64,000 nt of DNA from Phoronis australis (taxonomy: Eukaryota; Animalia; Phoronida): contig NMRA01000168.1 in NCBI GenBank assembly GCA_002633005.1, forward strand, positions 189,129-253,128, given 5' to 3'. Below are positions 36,801-51,390 of the stretch, piece by piece. A program made the position numbers and the translations under genes. The notes beneath the pieces are model-generated. The model was given only the letters and a program-made list of their open reading frames with translations. It was not told where the DNA came from and did no database searches. Position 1 is the first letter of the stretch. Each line of letters starts with the position of its first letter.

Positions 36801-39800
36801 CTTATCATTTGTTGCTTGTTGTCAGTGGCTGATTACACAGTAACCTTAAAACCATAGTTAAGATTTGGGGTTTAACTTTATGTAGGACCATAGAAAAGTG
36901 TCCAAATTTGGCTAACATTTTATCTCAGAAATGACTGATCGAATTCATATGAAGCAGATACTATGCGTTATGCGCTATTCTCTAAAAGGCTGTTTTATAA
37001 TGTTCCATTTTTGTATAAAATTAAACAGAAACGACTGGATTTTTGAGATTTCATCTTGCTCAGTTATATCTAATGAAATTATTCATGTTTTAAGTACCTA
37101 AATACACAAACTGGTGGATAAGGTCCTACATTTGAGGAAGAAACCATGCAGTCATTGAACCATGACCTTCCATTATCAGTGAAAGTCTGGTTTCTAGATA
37201 AACATGCCCCAAATGAATCCTGGAGTTGTAGGACCCCCGTGTTAGCTTATAGGGAAAGACCCGTAAAAAGTTTAAAAGTGACGAACCAATTCCCACGGCA
37301 GTCTTTAGCTTGAATGTGCTTTTGAAATTTAAGTGTCATCTATTGGTGTGTTTTCTTACGGTAATGCTCAGTATTGGGTGAAGATCAGGCAAGTGACTAT
37401 GGCAGCCTTTCACTGACTTGCCAGCTATGCCGGGTCAACTAGCTAAGTCATCTGATTGGTTCTCGATGGTGACTTCCAGCTTATAGACCAATCTGATGTC
37501 TTAGCTGCTTCACTCCGTGGAACCGGCGAGGTCATTCAAGTGCAGTCAGTGTGTGCATTATTTAGCATATTTTAATAAGGAAACACAGAAGGTAATTACA
37601 TATTTTGTTCTTGAAATTTATTTTGTAGTCGAATTGTATTAAAAAATCTGTCATGTAGCCTGTGGTCTTATGAATGTGTTTGGAGGTTCTTTGTTCTGTC
37701 CTGTCTAGTTCACAGTGCATTCCAAACTTAGATATCTAGGGACCCCCTTTCTTGAAGAGTTTCATGGTTAGTCTTAAGAGCAAAAACCTCTCCAAGTTAA
37801 GACTGAAACAAAACTTTGGAACACATAGTTTTTGTCTGTTGTCTTCAATTGTCTATAAATCTGCATTCCATCACACAAAAAATCACTTTTAATTAAGACC
37901 ACTTATTGTTGTAGTTGGTTTGTCTTTTATGTACGGGGCAAGGTCTCGAGGAGTAACAAACTGCCAGTTCTTTGCGAACCCAGAATTCACTTCTGATCTT
38001 TATCCAGAGATCACTTCTTGGACAGAATGTGGTTTTATAGTTGCTGAAATTACTAAGCGCACCCTTACACTTGCACGATTTTTTGGTACTGTCACGCAGT
38101 TTGATGTGGCAGTGATTAAACTTCTCGGGGACAAGATTGAAGTGCCTTTGAACTTTTATGGGAATGTAAGTCACGTCTGAAAGTTGGCACGCATTAATTT
38201 GCGGGAAATGGTGAACATGAATCGTACGTAACTAAGTCATGAAGCACAGACAAGAACTGCGGACACTGCTTCTCATTGCTTGCCATGGTATGGTATCAAT
38301 GTTCGTATCCTGCCCTTGATGGAGGTGTGCTCAGTACATAACATTTTCGCGTCACAGTGAGCCATTGCGACCCACCTCTGTTGCGAGCAGTGTGCAAATT
38401 ATGTGTGAAACGTGCACAGAAATAGCACGCTTTGTCAAGTGCGCCAAACTGTGTACCAGTGCGTGCCAAAAACTCGTGTGAGTGTCCAGGTGCCTTTAGA
38501 CTGAAATAAAGTCAGTTTTCACCTGTGGATTTGCCAAACTAACTGAAGTGATGGGCAAAATCCAGTTTCAAGAATAAATACACTGGGTCTATGAACTCTG
38601 GGACTTATCTAAAGCATTGAGAAGTGATAAGTACCAGTAATAGTAACACACCCTGTCAGTTACTAGTAGATATTGCATAAAGTTCTGTATATAACATATT
38701 CCCAAAGTGTTGTGATATTCAGAAGACTTGACAAAACTGAAATGGCTATAGCTTACATTGTTATAACATAAACAGGAACCACATTTGACAATCTTTTCAC
38801 CTCATAAATCCTGTAACAAAGCTATCAACTTCAAGAAATAGGCTATCAGTTCTTACCCTGTGAGATTGATGAGGGGCAAAGTTTAATAAAGGTATGTGCG
38901 TTGTCATTCTGTGGTCCAGTTTTGGTATTAGAAGTATTGAATTTTGAATCTCGTGACGTCAGTTTTTTTATACAATATGAGTAGTTTTAAAAAATGATGA
39001 ATCTAGTAGGGAAAACGCATCTAAAGAAACCAGACAAAAAACACAAAATCTTTTGGAATTTTGCTGAAAAAATGTCTTCAGAATTTCACCAATTTTCAAT
39101 GAGAAGATATTTCGCCAGCTTTTTGAAATCTACTGTGCTCTTGACTTATAGCCTGATGCGAAATATCAGCTGCCAGCAAGACAAAGTGTTTTGTTTTCTG
39201 TATTATATTCAACACGCTGTCTTGGACGCCTTCCAAGTCCCTGGCAGGGCATTACTGCAACTTGTAAGAAAACACGGTTTTAATTTGGCTCGCATTTCTA
39301 CCGTATGGATCGTCTTCCTGCTTCTGTGCTGAACTGACTTCACTCTACTCGTCAGTTAAAACAAAACTGACATCAGTGTCGATTGTGTCTGGTGTTAGAA
39401 ATCTGCTTATTATTCTCAAATGGATGTCTGGTTTTTTGAATCTGCATTATCATAACAGTAAACTTTCTGGTTGATTTTTTAAAGACCATAAGCCTTAGAA
39501 ATAGACAAGTTTTTCACCCATTTCAGTTTATTAGAGGTGACCTGGCACATAGGTACCACTTGTGTGGCCAGTGAGGGATTGAACTTTATCTGTGAACAGG
39601 GGTTGAATTGATGTTAGAAAAGTTAAATCTAAGAGATCAAACTTCTGTGCGTGATTTTTTATGTCAAACATTATCATAACACATGAATGTTTCTTGTGAT
39701 CTCTAATGGCTAGTTTTCTACAAACTTTATAGTCCAAAAGTAGCAGAGTTGGTTCTGCTGTACCCGACTCATTTTGAAACCTGCACCTCAAAGCTGGCGT

Positions 39801-39837
39801 CATTAGTCTCTGTGTAAAAATGAAGGATCCCAACTTA

Positions 39838-40005
39838 CTTTAGCTGGCATCTAGTGACGCTGACTGGCGGTGAAAAAAGAAAGGGGCTGACTCATTTTAG
39901 CTGGTATCAGGTGACGCTGTTGTGAAAAAAAGATTCTGGCCTACTTCATCTGGTATCGGTTGGCGCTATTATAAAAAAGGGACTCTGGCCTATTTCATCT
40001 GGTGT
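39838..40005. repeat. ~50-55-bp degenerate tandem repeat
   Basis: ctgg(c/t)atc...gacgct...gtgaaaaaa units, 3 copies. Confidence 0.65.
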
Positions 40006-40297
40006 CAGACAGGTGAAAATATGCCGAGGCATTATGAAATATACACCATCATCATGACATCAGTTACGCATTTTTGGCCTTACTGATATCCGTCTGACGA
40101 AAGGAGTGCATGATATAACTTACAGGTGTTCATGTGACTACCATAAAGTTTTTTTACAAAAAGGTGTTTGTGGCGTCTCTTTGATTTGTTCCCAACTGAA
40201 TGTGTTTATTTGCCAGAAAATAAAATAGAAACAAAACTCCAAGAAGTCTATGAAGTGTTTTGCACATACATGTATCGGATGCGTGAGTGATTCCACC

Positions 40298-40830
40298 TTA
40301 TTTTATACCCCATTATGCCCATTTTTTGTGTGTGGACGGAAACCACTTGAAGAATCATTCTATTCGACAGATATATTCGTAATTTCCTATTGAGAGGATG
40401 GCTGACATTTTAAAATTTAAAAAATTTTTTAATAGATCTACTGTTGCATCCACTAATGGAAATTTTAGTGTTTTTTTGTATTTGCCGCGATGTCTACCAA
40501 GTTCTTTGATGGATCACGATGAAATTTGGCATATGTGATCCCAATGAATAGAGTACACCGGCCATTGTTTCTTCTGCAGTTATTGTGGCACCTGTGTGCT
40601 TGACTTAGTATATATATATATCTACCAAATTTCTTGCTGGGTTTTCATCAAGTTGGCATATGTGTTCCTGTTGAGAACACCGTGGTTGCTGATTGTTGGG
40701 CAGATCTGTCTACTGTGGTAAGTCCCATGTGGCAATTTGAGTTTTCTGCCTCAAAGCCTGCAAAGTTCTTTCATGGTCTTCATGAAAACTGGCATATGGG
40801 TAGCTATGCAGGAAAGCGTGGAACGAGACA
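40298..40830 (+). repeat. Helentron/HINE-like repeat with internal degenerate tandem units
   Basis: Starts ttttataccc; recurring gaaa(t/c)ttggcatatgtg motifs; related arrays at ~44060-45060 and ~59850-60460. Confidence 0.45.
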
Positions 40831-42467
40831 CAATTTTTTTTTTTCAAGTATTTTTGTCTCAAATTAAGAAATTCTACTTCATGAACTGTTGATTGTACTG
40901 TTCAAGCAGCTAGGCACACGTACTGGTTACTTTCCAGAAACTAAAGAGAGTTTTGTTATTTATTTGGGACTCTTGCACTGAAGTTAGATGGGTGGCCACC
41001 CCATACATGTGGTGAAAATGTTAATTGGCCATCTAGAGAGATTACATTCTGTTTCAGAAGTTGGGAAATTCATTAAATCAGTTCCAAAGGAATTGTCCTT
41101 GTTTGCTGACTTTGTATTTTTTAATTCCTAGGCTTGTACTTAATGTATTTTGGCATTGTATTCGTTGAACGCTCCATGGGTTGTGTCATTTGGGAAAACT
41201 TATTTGAACAAAACCACCATGCAAACAAATGCCATGTTTTCTAAAGAACTTTGAGGAACGCCCACTATTGAAATGGGGTCTAATGTTTTTTTGTACTGAC
41301 TTTTATTCATAACATGTTATTTGGTTGACACAAGCTCTTGTTGTCGGACGGGCGGTGAAACTTGCTCTGGGCCAGGTTAGACAGTGTATTCTATGAACTC
41401 TCCCCTTTCATAAACATTGACTCCCCTATCTGGGTCAAGCATGGCTGGACATTTGTCAACAGTGGCATTGCTTCAGACAGTCAGTATCTTGCCATGAATG
41501 TATGCAGTGCCTACTGTTGTGTTCATAACCAGGGAAGTCTTATGTGCAGAGAAAGCTATATGTTTTTATCCAAGGTCATTGGCCTCATTTTTCTCGGCTT
41601 TTCAGCCATGTGTTTGTAATTACTGGCTGAGTTCTCTGATGGTGCTGGCTTATTGTGGAAGTGTTCTCTGGCCTGAATCAGTAGGCGAGCTGATGGTTGA
41701 TAACATGTGACTCCTCTTATTGTTGGCAATAGAAAACCATGTAGTGGTTTGGTGGTGAGTAGATCTTGTTTCTTTGCTGTGGATATCAGGTGTGTTCATG
41801 CGAGTCTTCTTTGAGGCAAATTTTACGCAATCAGGATTGTGAAAAAATTTTTATCGCGTGAACGCTAAGATACCACAATCCACGATCCACCAAATTTTGC
41901 GGAATTTATTGCGAAAGTCTTGCAGATGCTTTGACAGGTGTTTACATAGGTCTGATCATTATTTATTCGACACAAATCCGAACACTGATGTGACGCGTAT
42001 CAAACTGCGCATGGCACAGGCATTCCCGCCACATTTCTAAAAGCTTTGTTATTTTCCTATTCCGTCTTTGATTTGCTTTGATTTTCTATAAACATGGTCT
42101 GATAACGAAACACAGTTGCTTATCGGTCTTTGGCGGGAAGCCGTAGTGGACGGCCAGCTATGTATATAAATATACAGTTTAACAACGATGTCTACAAAAT
42201 TGCCAAAGGAATTCTGATACAAAATTAGTGTTATTAAAAACTCCACTCTTTCTTGAGTAAATGAAAGAATTTACCACTGCTAAACAAGTGCCGTTTATTG
42301 TTAGTTTGCTGCTAAAGTAGGCGTCTAGTGGGTTAGTGTAGTTAGCAGTAGTATCTAACGCTGCTTTCGGCTTCCGCCGCTGTTCAGTTTCGGCTGTCAG
42401 TACGTAGCAAGACTCGTGCAGTGCCTCCACATGGCAACACATGGACTGGGTGATGCTCACACTAAAC

Positions 42468-42778
42468 TGTGAGGGATCGGGTTGAGGAACGGGATTTTTA
42501 TGTCTTTGGTAGCCACGATTTCTCGAATAATTCGAGATGCCGAAAACCCTGTTGGAAGCATTCTCTGCTCTTGGGAGATTGACTAAGTGGCTCTAAGGTG
42601 GGCAGCCTTTCTAACCCAATCGTCTCCTTGGGGTGCCTGATCCGGACTATCTTGACTTTGACCTCTTCTGGTCTGATTTGATACTGCCTTGTCGCTGGCC
42701 AGGTGACACCGGAACTCTTGAGGACAAATGCCCTGGTTTTTTACTCTTGAGGTCAGTTGCGGTTGGTGGTAGGCAACA
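42468..42778 (-). mobile_element. Candidate solo LTR
   Basis: GC-richer ~310-bp block with TGT...ACA ends (minus: TGTTG...TCACA) and an ATAAAA near the minus 3' end; no clear TSD. Confidence 0.3.
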
Positions 42779-44059
42779 CAGGACTTAGTGTATCAAGAAA
42801 TCATTGACAAGTCGCAGTGCTAGTGCACAGAGTAGCATCTGCTGCACTGGGAGTCAAGCCTCTGCATGCTTATTAGCCCTGGGAGGTAGCAAAGCTCTGG
42901 CACTTCAAGTGTTCTCCACAACAGAAAATTCAAACTCGACTTGAATTTCAAAATTCTTGTACATGTGTTCAAGTCTATACTATGGGGAGTTTGAAATAAA
43001 TACATCAAACTGGTACCAAAAGTTCAAAATGTCCTAATTTGTTTAAGAAATGACCAATCTCCCAATACTTCAAACTTGTTGCACAAGTTTTTAAACTCGA
43101 TGCAAGTGAGCCAAACTCGTCACGGCAAAATTCAAACTTGACGCAGTGACGAGTCAAAACAACTTGTGGGGAACTCTGACTTGGAGGTAGACATACCGAA
43201 TGTGGGATATCCATTTGCAGCTGAAGCCCTTTCGCTGAGGTCATATGCTGTCTTGGAGGAGTCAAGGTTTAAGGGGGCTTTTGAAACCAGTGTCGGATCC
43301 AATAGGTCTGCGGATGCAGGAAAGCCTTTGGCTGGGCCTTTTCACCTCTCAATGAATGGAGTGAGTGCAGATGCAGATGTGAATCATAACCTATGCTTGT
43401 TGTATGGATCCACAGCAAAAACCGGCTACCTACCAAGTGACCAGTGGATCGGGCAATCACATGTGGTCTTTGCAGCCACGAGCGTCTGCCTCAAAGATTC
43501 CTCCCTACGAGTTTCTACAAGAACGTGGAAGCACTTGCTTTGGGAAATCACTGGGCTCTTCTATGGGAGTGGGCAATGAAATTACCTAGCTTGGAAAGCA
43601 ACAAGGGTGGCTGCTGACACGAACCCCAAATATGCCCTGGACAATACCCCTGAAGTATTGACGGTGTAAATTCATTTTTCAATGCTAGAGATTCATCATC
43701 GAACTTTCAGGTTCAATTCAATATTTAAGATTTCACAATTCAATTTCAAAATGAAGGGTGTACTGAAAACCTGCATAAGGATCGGTGTTGAGTGCACAGT
43801 ATTGAGTATGCGTGGCTACCTAACACAACCGCACTTCAGTAACACTGAGCTTCAATGTAATGATCAAAGAATTAACTGATGACTGGGATTAGGTTTTGAG
43901 TGCCCACCTTCCGCCATGTTGTTGACAAACATTGAGCTTTCTGTGGTTGTCATGTTAAGCACTTCGCAGTCAAGTTTCTAACCATAATTATACTTCGAAA
44001 ACATCAATGATGAAAGGTTTAAAGCCATTTGTAGAGAAGCGTGATTGGTTTTCATGCCA

Positions 44060-45060
44060 TCGCATACTTATACGTGCATGGTCGCATGTTGCTGTCATCT
44101 CTGTTTGGCATCCGCTGCTGTATCTCCAAAACCCCGTGGAATATCTTCATGAAAGTTGGCAGATGTGTTCCTATGGAGATATGGACGGGTAACAACAGTT
44201 TTTGAAGGGATCCAACTACTGCTGTGTCCCATAGTAACAATTTTAATTCTTTATTTTGGATTGGATGTATTCTGTTCCAACCTAGTGATTAATTTTATTA
44301 TTTTCGCCTAACCAATCGATGGATCATTTTAAAATTGGCAGATTTGTTCCTGATGAGAAGACCGCTGCTGGGGATGATTTTTGGATGAGTTCAGGGACTC
44401 TGGTGCCCCTAGGGGTGATTTTTGTTCATTCATGGCTGCATCTCCTTAACCCGTATTAGGATTTTTGTAAGTTTTGACGGATATTCTTGGCTGCATCTCC
44501 TTAATCCTTAGCAGGATTTTTGTAAAATTTGACGGATGCGTTCCTATGGAGCTGACATCAGGTGACATTAAGTTTCAGACCAATGTGATTACTGTTGTGT
44601 CCCTACTTGTCTACCTCTGCATCGTCTGAGTTCATTGATGGATATTGGTGAAATTTGGCAAATAGGTTTCTATTAAGTAGTTAATGATGCTTTTCCATTT
44701 TCTGACGGATTCAACATATTCTTATACAACTAGTGTCCATTTATATCATTTTGAGTCCCGTTTTTGGCATCACCTCTTTGCCAAATCACTCAAAGGGTGG
44801 TTATGAAACTTTGTGGACAGCATTCCTGATGAGAATGCTACGGCTGGTATTAATTTTAGACTACTGTGGTACACTTTACTGGTGATTTTGTCTTTGCGTT
44901 CATGGTTGTTTCTCTATAATCCTTCGTAGGATCTTGATGACATTTTGTAAGTGTTTACCTATGAATGTGACAACGGCTACCCACAACTTTTGGACAACTC
45001 TATTGACGATTTTAGTTTTTATGTTTGCCTCTGTATTCATCAACAAATTTTCATGAAATT
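44060..45060 (+). repeat. Degenerate tandem array of the same repeat family
   Basis: Repeated gctgcatctc...atgaaa(g/t)ttggcagatgtgttcctatggag units. Confidence 0.55.
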
Positions 45061-47298
45061 TAAGACTTTCTATTCTGGATTTGTGTTTGGACCCCCTGTT
45101 CATTTCAAGGTGACTCCAGATTACTGCTCACTTCAGCCCCCCCTCCCTATGTCACTATGTTTGGACAATGCTCAATCAGACTTATCTGCTTTGAAGTTCT
45201 TTGCAACCTAGTGCAGGTGCACAAACTGTATTAGGCATTCAACTTTTTGTTTTTTAAACCTATTTTAAAACTGAAATGTCACTACCCTATGCTTTTGCTC
45301 TCTGCTTGTTATTTTAACCCCATGTAGCAAATTCTTTGAAAACAATTTTTTTAGCTTGTGTTTTGGGGTGGAACCCCTTGTTTTGGTTCTTTAATAAAGT
45401 AGTTAGTGTTTTTTAATTTCACATCATAAAAACTGCATTTTATTGATGCCTCAACACGAAGATTCATAGCAATCTTCGTTTTTTAAGTTTTGCGAAATCG
45501 GTTTGTTTGCATTTTTAACTAAAATTTTCAGTTGAGATTGTTCGTCGTTTTGTATGGAAATACCAGTCTGGATATTTTTTATGAATCACTTGAATATCCC
45601 GCATAACAACATTGGCAATTTGATGGCTCGATAGTGACAAAGAATTTATAAAAAAATGGTGGAAAGTATCCCACTGAATTAAATCTATACAAGAATGCAG
45701 AATACTGCTCAGCTACCCTAATGGCATTTGTCGTCAAGGCGAATGTCATCATGTTGCCGCTAGGAAAATGGCTGTTATACTAGCAACAGTGACAGAAAAG
45801 ATAGTGTTCATTGAGCAGGTTTATATCTAAGTTTATTGCGTGGCTGGCAGTCACTAAACATTCAACTGTATGATTCAGAAAACTATCTTGGAACTAAGGA
45901 ACAAGAGAAAGAAAAGAGGAATGGTCAGTGCTTAACCTGTCAAATTAGGTAATATGTAAGTTAGCATTAACAGATGTAAAATTAAGAGCTGTAATAGGTA
46001 GTAGATTATTACATGGAGAGGCTGTTATTTCCCCTATATCAAGATAATTGAGGTAATGAGCAAGAATACTCCATTTATCCCACATATTGAGCAATATACT
46101 CTATAAAACTTGGCTGGCAAATATGAAGATGTCAGTCTTTCGTTGTACTTGATGACAATACGGTTCAGTGGATCGAATCACCAGTGTGAACAGTTTTCTT
46201 ACAGCATTGTCGCATGCCCATCACATTTTCCTTGAAACTAAATTGTTTTCTTTAGATATGTCCACACTAACAAGTAACTCCTGGAACAAGTTGTGTGGAC
46301 TTTATTTGTGCTATGGTAACTTGACACACTGTACCCAATGGAGGTAGGATAACTTGTTCCAGTGCAAGTTGCATGGACAGCAAACCTGTAGATAAGGCAG
46401 AAGTATTCACGAGCTGTGCACTCGCTCAGTTCCACACATGGAAGTGTCTAGTAGACCTTGTGCCATTTGTGGTATCACATGGTGTTGGGTGCTTGTTAAG
46501 GACACTTGGCTCAAAAGGGGGGAAATTGCTCAAGGACAATTTGCTGTAGGTTAACTCATAGTGTGTACAGGACTACGCCCTGTTAGAGAACTCTTCCAGT
46601 TATCTCACATTTGTGGTCAGTGGATTCATGCTGATGCTGCAGCATAAATCACACATACCTCATGGATTCTGTGACAAATACCCCAATTCTTCTTGGTATG
46701 AAATCAATAGAGTATTATTGTATGATAATATGCTTTAACAATTTGCATAGAATGGTCCTAGGTACAAGGGTTGCAATTTCTTTGGATGAAGGAACAATTT
46801 TGAAAAGTATTTATTTGAAACATCAATACCCCTGGAAATCGTTTTCACATTACGGGGGGGGGGGTATATAGCCGCATCTATACGAGGCACAGTTGACTTT
46901 CAGCAGCTGACGCAGTATATCCAATCAGGCTCAAGTATGTGTGTAAACACGACTGACAAGAAGGAAGTTGACACCACGGGCCGGCCGCGGTTTTTGTCAC
47001 TGGTTTGAGAGGTAGAGCAAGTTACGCTTGATATGTTGCCTCAGCGTGAACTACACTTTTAAATGAAAACTTGGGCAAGGCGGAATGGATCGTCTCTGTT
47101 ACTCTTGTACAATAGTGTATATAGGGGTGATCTGTTAACATCTCGCGGGGTTTGGGCATCTGCTATTGCTTATGCGAGTATACGCAGACAGTCTTCTTGT
47201 AAATGACTCATACTGATCCAGTTTGCAATCTGATGTGTAAATGCGACTAAAGTGGAGTAACTCGCATCTTCACAGCTCGCACGCTGACAATTGTCCAT

Positions 47299-47789
47299 CA
47301 GGCCTTTATGCAGCGTATGTCCTGGGCGTCCAAATGGACGCCCTAGCACTAATCCGGAGGCTCTGGCAAGGACGCCCAATGTATCATTTGGACGCCCACT
47401 GTCAATAGGAACCTTTCAAGTTTGGACAAACACATTGTAAGGATTACTAGGAAGCCTCTGAAGGCTCAGTGGGGGCTCTTTTTTCAAAACAGGAAGAAAT
47501 ATACAATGTATATACAAAGTACATACAATGTTGCTATGCTCACACTTGGTTGACAGCATTGTAAAAGTCTTGGTCTACACCAATTTTTTTATTAAAAATG
47601 CTCACTACAGAAGGCTGTTTTATAAACTTAGATGTAAAAACCTTGGTCTATGCATTTTTTTGTAAAAAAAATCTGTGTGTTTGGGGGATTGCTGGGGGTG
47701 GGGGGTTACGCGTCGGAATTATGGACGCCCTGGAATATTGGGAACCCCATTTTGGACACCCTATTTTCGAAATCCTGGATAAAGGCCTG
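47299..47789. mobile_element. hAT-type MITE
   Basis: TIR caggcctttat(g/c)cag; 8-bp TSD ttgtccat / ttgttcat; subterminal ggacgccc repeats. Confidence 0.8.
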
Positions 47790-48929
47790 TTGTTCATTAC
47801 GGAAAAACGGCTCCTTTTCACTTCCTTGCTCTCATCCGCAACTAAGAACGAGCTTATCCACCCAAATAAATGCTGATTTCAGTGTACAATTCCATAATGA
47901 GTCTTCTTAGCACTTCATTGTTGAAGCTATTAGGTTAAGTACTCACTAAATGTCAAATCCTTGGCTGTTTTGGTGCAGTTATCTAAAATTGCTTTGGTTC
48001 ACTTACAAACTCACTGTGATTACTGTTAAATGGCATCAATGTAGGACATAATATGGGGGACAGGTGAAATTTTATTTTCTCATTTTTTTGATAAATGATG
48101 CCTAGTTCCGAAGTGATGCTTTGTCATGTAAAGTTCCATTTCGTAGCAAGACGACATTTTGGAATAATTGTGATCATCCCCAACAATGTTAGAAGCTCCC
48201 TTGCCCTGGTACAGGCCATGACTTTCAAAAATAAGTTTTCCCTTTATTTTTAGATGGAAATAATTCTTTGGTTTAAGTGCCTTTTAACCTGGTTTTTTAT
48301 GATTACCAATCATTCTTCCCTGCAAGCAGTTGTTTGATAGAAGATCAATAGTCGAATTCTCTCTAGAAAGATCGTTTATGACATATACTCCTTAAGTCTG
48401 AAAATTTGTTTTGCCACATGTTTTTTTCTGGATAGGCTCATTAATTTTGCCTAAATGTGTGCTCTGTATCTTGTGACATACATTAGGATTGTTTTTGTAG
48501 TCAGGTTGTAAAATGGATTAAGTTCAGTAAATGGATTCAGTTACCATGTTTGCACATTTACCGTAAGAGTCATATGGTATGCTCAGTCAAGGGCATATGC
48601 TAGTGTTGGCCTTTCACATTAAACATTAATGCCTAGATGTTTTGAGGAGTGCCATTGGGTGTGAAAATTTAAGATTGATCTTGGATGGAAGTCAAAGTCA
48701 CAATTTAACTTAGTGGTAAACCAATGATAAAGCATGAAAAAGCAGTCGAGTATTGGTGCTGCAATGTGGTGAGAAATTATAATTTTGGTGTCATTGACAT
48801 TATCGACAGGTGGCGCTGTCAAAAATGTGAGGTGTTGTAGCATTTTTTGATACTGTTTCATCAAAAGATTCACCTGTCTACTGATATAATTACTAATTCA
48901 TTTCATTATTTGAAAATATACACGATTCT

Positions 48930-48966
48930 TCACACACACACACACACACAGACACACACACACACA
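48930..48966. repeat. (CA)n microsatellite
   Basis: Direct reading. Confidence 0.95.
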
Positions 48967-50270
48967 GCATTTTGCAGCACCATCCTGCAAACATTTTGAT
49001 GACCTGAGCAACGCCTCCTCTGGTACATTAGGGTACTAATGGTAACACCATGTGCACATAGTAAAATCCTAATTTGCAGATTTCAACTTGGCTAACATTG
49101 GGATAGTAGGACCCTCACATCTACTCTTGTCCGTTCACTACCCAAACGAAAATAATTTCTCTTAGAAGCACCTCAAGGTATGTTTCCTCAAAAACAGAAG
49201 CTGTCTATTATAAGCGTAGATATAAACACATTAGTGGTCAAACTTTCACTTTTATTCTTTAATCATCATCATCAGGAAAACAGAAGTATCGTCAAAGCAC
49301 AAAGGAGCAAATGGTCACAATTAAACAAACACACGTACAAATCAGAACAGGCGCAGGGGCACGCTGCTACCTTGACGACTTAAGGAAAACATAGCTTGCT
49401 GGTATATGAAATTTCACTGTTTTAAAATCTCTATTGGTTCCTAGCTCTATCTAACAAGTTACGTTTAAATTGTAGGTGACTTTGCACATAAAATATTCTG
49501 TCCATGCCTGGCGACAAATTTCAACTTGTTACTATTCAAATGTTGTATTATTGAGGACATGGAGCGTGTGAAGGGTCAGACCATGAAATGTTTACATTGA
49601 AAAATGGAATTGTTCATTTTTTGTGTGGCTGTGTTTGCTGCTGCTATTTTGTTGGGAAAGAATAGCTTAACTTTAATCCCTGAGTATCAACCAAATGAAG
49701 GTATGGAAAAATCTTGCCATTTTAGAGCACATATGCCTGACAAATGAATTTTTTAAACTATTTGTGAAAAATGTGTTGCTGAAAATGAAATGATATTCTA
49801 TGTTCAAAATTTTGTTCCACGGATGCTATGAGTTATGAAAAATTGTGACCAATCACAACAGAGTTAGAAGCCTTTAAAAATGAAAAAGATCATAATTTTG
49901 GCAGTTATTTTTGTCCGACATTGGCGTACAGTAAAGAGATATAAATTATGATTGGTGTTAAACAAATAATCGAAATAGATGCTTTGTTTCCTTTATTGTG
50001 CACTGTTGGCCAAAATCTTTAGAAACAAACTTATGCGCATGGAGTCAATAACCTATATGTGTGTTCTGATCCAGACATCTGTTGGCGAAAAAAAACTTCA
50101 TTCTCATACTATATGACACAATACAATAGGTTTATGCATCTGTAAGAAGTTGGCCTAAGGCTTAAAACACAATTAGGGGACAATGGACTGAAAACAGACT
50201 AGCAAATGTGCTGTGGAAATGTCCTTGTTTAGAGTGATACTAAGACTTTGATAGATCTGCATTGATAGCT

Positions 50271-51390
50271 TACCGTAATCGTTCGGGTTAACGCCCTGGG
50301 CGGTTAAATTGGCGAACCCGAAAAATCGGGGGTGGGCGGTTAACCAGACATGGGCGCTTAAACGTGAAATTTCAAGAAATCGGGGGGGGGGCGGTTNNNN
50401 NNNNNNNNNNNNNNNNNNNNNNNNNNNNNNNNNNNNNNNNNNNNNNNNNNNNNNNNNNNNNNNNNNNNNNNNNNNNNNNNNNNNNNNNNNNNNNNNNNNN
50501 NNNNNNNNNNNNNNNNNNNNNNNNNNNNNNNNNNNNNNNNNNNNNNNNNNNNNNNNNNNNNNNNNNNNNNNNNNNNNNNNNNNNNNNNNNNNNNNNNNNN
50601 NNNNNNNNNNNNNNNNNNNNNNNNNNNNNNNNNNNNNNNNNNNNNNNNNNNNNNNNNNNNNNNNNNNNNNNNNNNNNNNNNNNNNNNNNNNNNNNNNNNN
50701 NNNNNNNNNNNNNNNNNNNNNNNNNNNNNNNNNNNNNNNNNNNNNNNNNNNNNNNNNNNNNNNNNNNNNNNNNNNNNNNNNNNNNNNNNNNNNNNNNNNN
50801 NNNNNNNNNNNNNNNNNNNNNNNNNNNNNNNNNNNNNNNNNNNNNNNNNNNNNNNNNNNNNNNNNNNNNNNNNNNNNNNNNNNNNNNNNNNNNNNNNNNN
50901 NNNNNNNNNNNNNNNNNNNNNNNNNNNNNNNNNNNNNNNNNNAGTGCACTGTAGTCGATAACTCAGTGCGGCAGAGATTGTGGCTGAAAGTGGAGGTGTA
51001 GACGCCAGCGCGGTTCCTAAAGTTTGCGAACATGAGAAGAAAAGAAAGTGACAAAGTGTTCAAGTATTACATTTTGAAGTTAATCGATGACCCGTTACAA
51101 TAATTTGTTACTGGTATCATAATTCACATTGCTAAACCGCGGTCTCTGAGGCCGTCGTTGCACTCAATGTTATCATCGATCTTAATCTAAAAGGTCGGGG
51201 ATTCGCGTTTCCTATTAGCACAGGGCGGTAATCACCAATCGTCAAAAGTAGGGGATGGGCGCTTAATTGGAAATCTTCAAAAATCGCAGGGGGGCGGTTA
51301 ACCGAGCAGTGGGCGGTTAAATCGAAAATCCACCTAAAGTAGGGGTGGGCGGTTAACTGAGCATGGGCGTTAACCCGAACGATTACGGTA
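50271..51390. mobile_element. Tc1/mariner-pogo-type non-autonomous element spanning an assembly gap
   Basis: Perfect 26-bp inverted ends including TA: taccgtaatcgttcgggttaacgccc; many gggcggttaa subterminal repeats. Confidence 0.85.
50397..50942. other. Assembly gap
   Basis: Run of N. Confidence 1.

Noticed and set aside
37920-38180. 86-aa ORF with faint resemblance to the HIRAN C-terminal motif (IEVPLNFYG)
   Set aside because: Core HIRAN motifs are absent and there is no other support.
50173-51063. Long ORFs in the ORF track
   Set aside because: Artefacts of translating through the N gap.
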